This document shows, piece after piece, positions 63,611 to 64,000 of a stretch of DNA of 64,000 nt. Below the pieces are notes generated by a model. It was not told where the DNA came from. It ran no database searches and saw only the letters and a program-made list of their open reading frames with translations. The translations under genes were made by a program, and so were the position numbers. Every line of letters begins with the position of its first letter. The first letter of the stretch is position 1. The stretch covers positions 1-64,000 of the forward strand of contig CAVSJV010000007.1 in assembly GCA_963728405.1 (NCBI GenBank), given 5' to 3'. This DNA is from Methanomassiliicoccaceae archaeon. GTDB lineage: Archaea; Thermoplasmatota; Thermoplasmata; Methanomassiliicoccales; Methanomassiliicoccaceae.

Positions 63611-63723
63611 TAATGGTGGGTCTGTCCAGATTCACCAAAGTAACTATCCAGTATATCAGTTATTTTCGTCAATAACGACCTTCCGTGCAATTTGAGCCTT
63701 TACCATAAAACCTCTTTCTTTTT
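63611..63723. repeat. ~105-bp dispersed element, copy 2
   Basis: taatggtgggtctgtccagatt, 35 nt, then gtcaataacgaccttccgtgcaatttgagcctttaccataaaacctct and a T-rich run. Confidence 0.75.
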
Positions 63724-63836
63724 TGATGAAGAAAGAAAAAAGAAAGGTCCCCCGTTCTCCCGTTCTTGGCCAATGGCTGGCTTATAGAACAGGTCGAGGC
63801 GCAGGAGAAAAATTACTTTTGGCAATCTGGAGTGAA

Positions 63837-63870
63837 GGGGGTCCCGAGGGCCCCCCAATTTATTCTATTA
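63837..63870. terminator. GC-rich hairpin with AT-rich tail
   Basis: gggggtcc-cga-gggccccc followed by aatttattctatt. Confidence 0.3.
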
Positions 63871-64000
63871 TAATCTATTTGACACGTCTCATATATCAGG
63901 CCCGAGCCGGCCGTTAGGCAACCATTGGTGCAGGGAAGTCCCAGGCCGAAAGTCCCTTGCCTGCGCTTCTATCAGATGGTCGACCGATCATCATGAATCA

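Noticed and set aside
1-64000. Genome-wide TAG reassignment to pyrrolysine
   Set aside because: Several well-defined genes end at TAG (19483, 29874, 33236, 46706, 50314, 59262) at natural-looking C-termini.
1-64000. CRISPR array, rRNA, full tRNA, intact integrase or transposase
   Set aside because: No regularly spaced repeats or recognisable motifs were seen; only tRNA 3' fragments occur.

Overview
Mostly GC-rich archaeal DNA, most consistent with a Methanomassiliicoccales/Thermoplasmata methanogen (archaeal TBP, methanogen-type PAS histidine kinases, many zinc-ribbon membrane proteins); this taxonomy is inferred, not searched. Many genes, TBP included, carry single-base frameshifts, which points to an unpolished long-read consensus, so most pseudogene calls are uncertain. 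The first ~520 bp is an AT-rich Bacillota phage-type replication gene fused mid-gene to the archaeal sequence and is probably a chimera. Main content: (i) a lower-GC defence island at ~10.1-25.6 kb (membrane-anchored PD-(D/E)XK nuclease, Hhe-like DUF4011 helicase-nuclease, DUF2075 nuclease-helicase, SauUSI-like type IV restriction enzyme); (ii) a four-gene modular glutamate-synthase-like operon with no GltD, preceded by palindromic operator-like sites and a highly structured ~270-nt leader (candidate new cis-regulatory RNA); (iii) four tRNA-3'-end att-like scars of two types in alternating order, the two Val/Ile-type ones carrying a shared ~32-codon tail that may be a displaced integrase C-terminus; (iv) a SpeD-like decarboxylase next to homospermidine synthase; (v) duplicated SDR and nitroreductase genes, two ABC exporters and several gene remnants. 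No CRISPR array, rRNA, full tRNA, intact integrase or transposase was seen.
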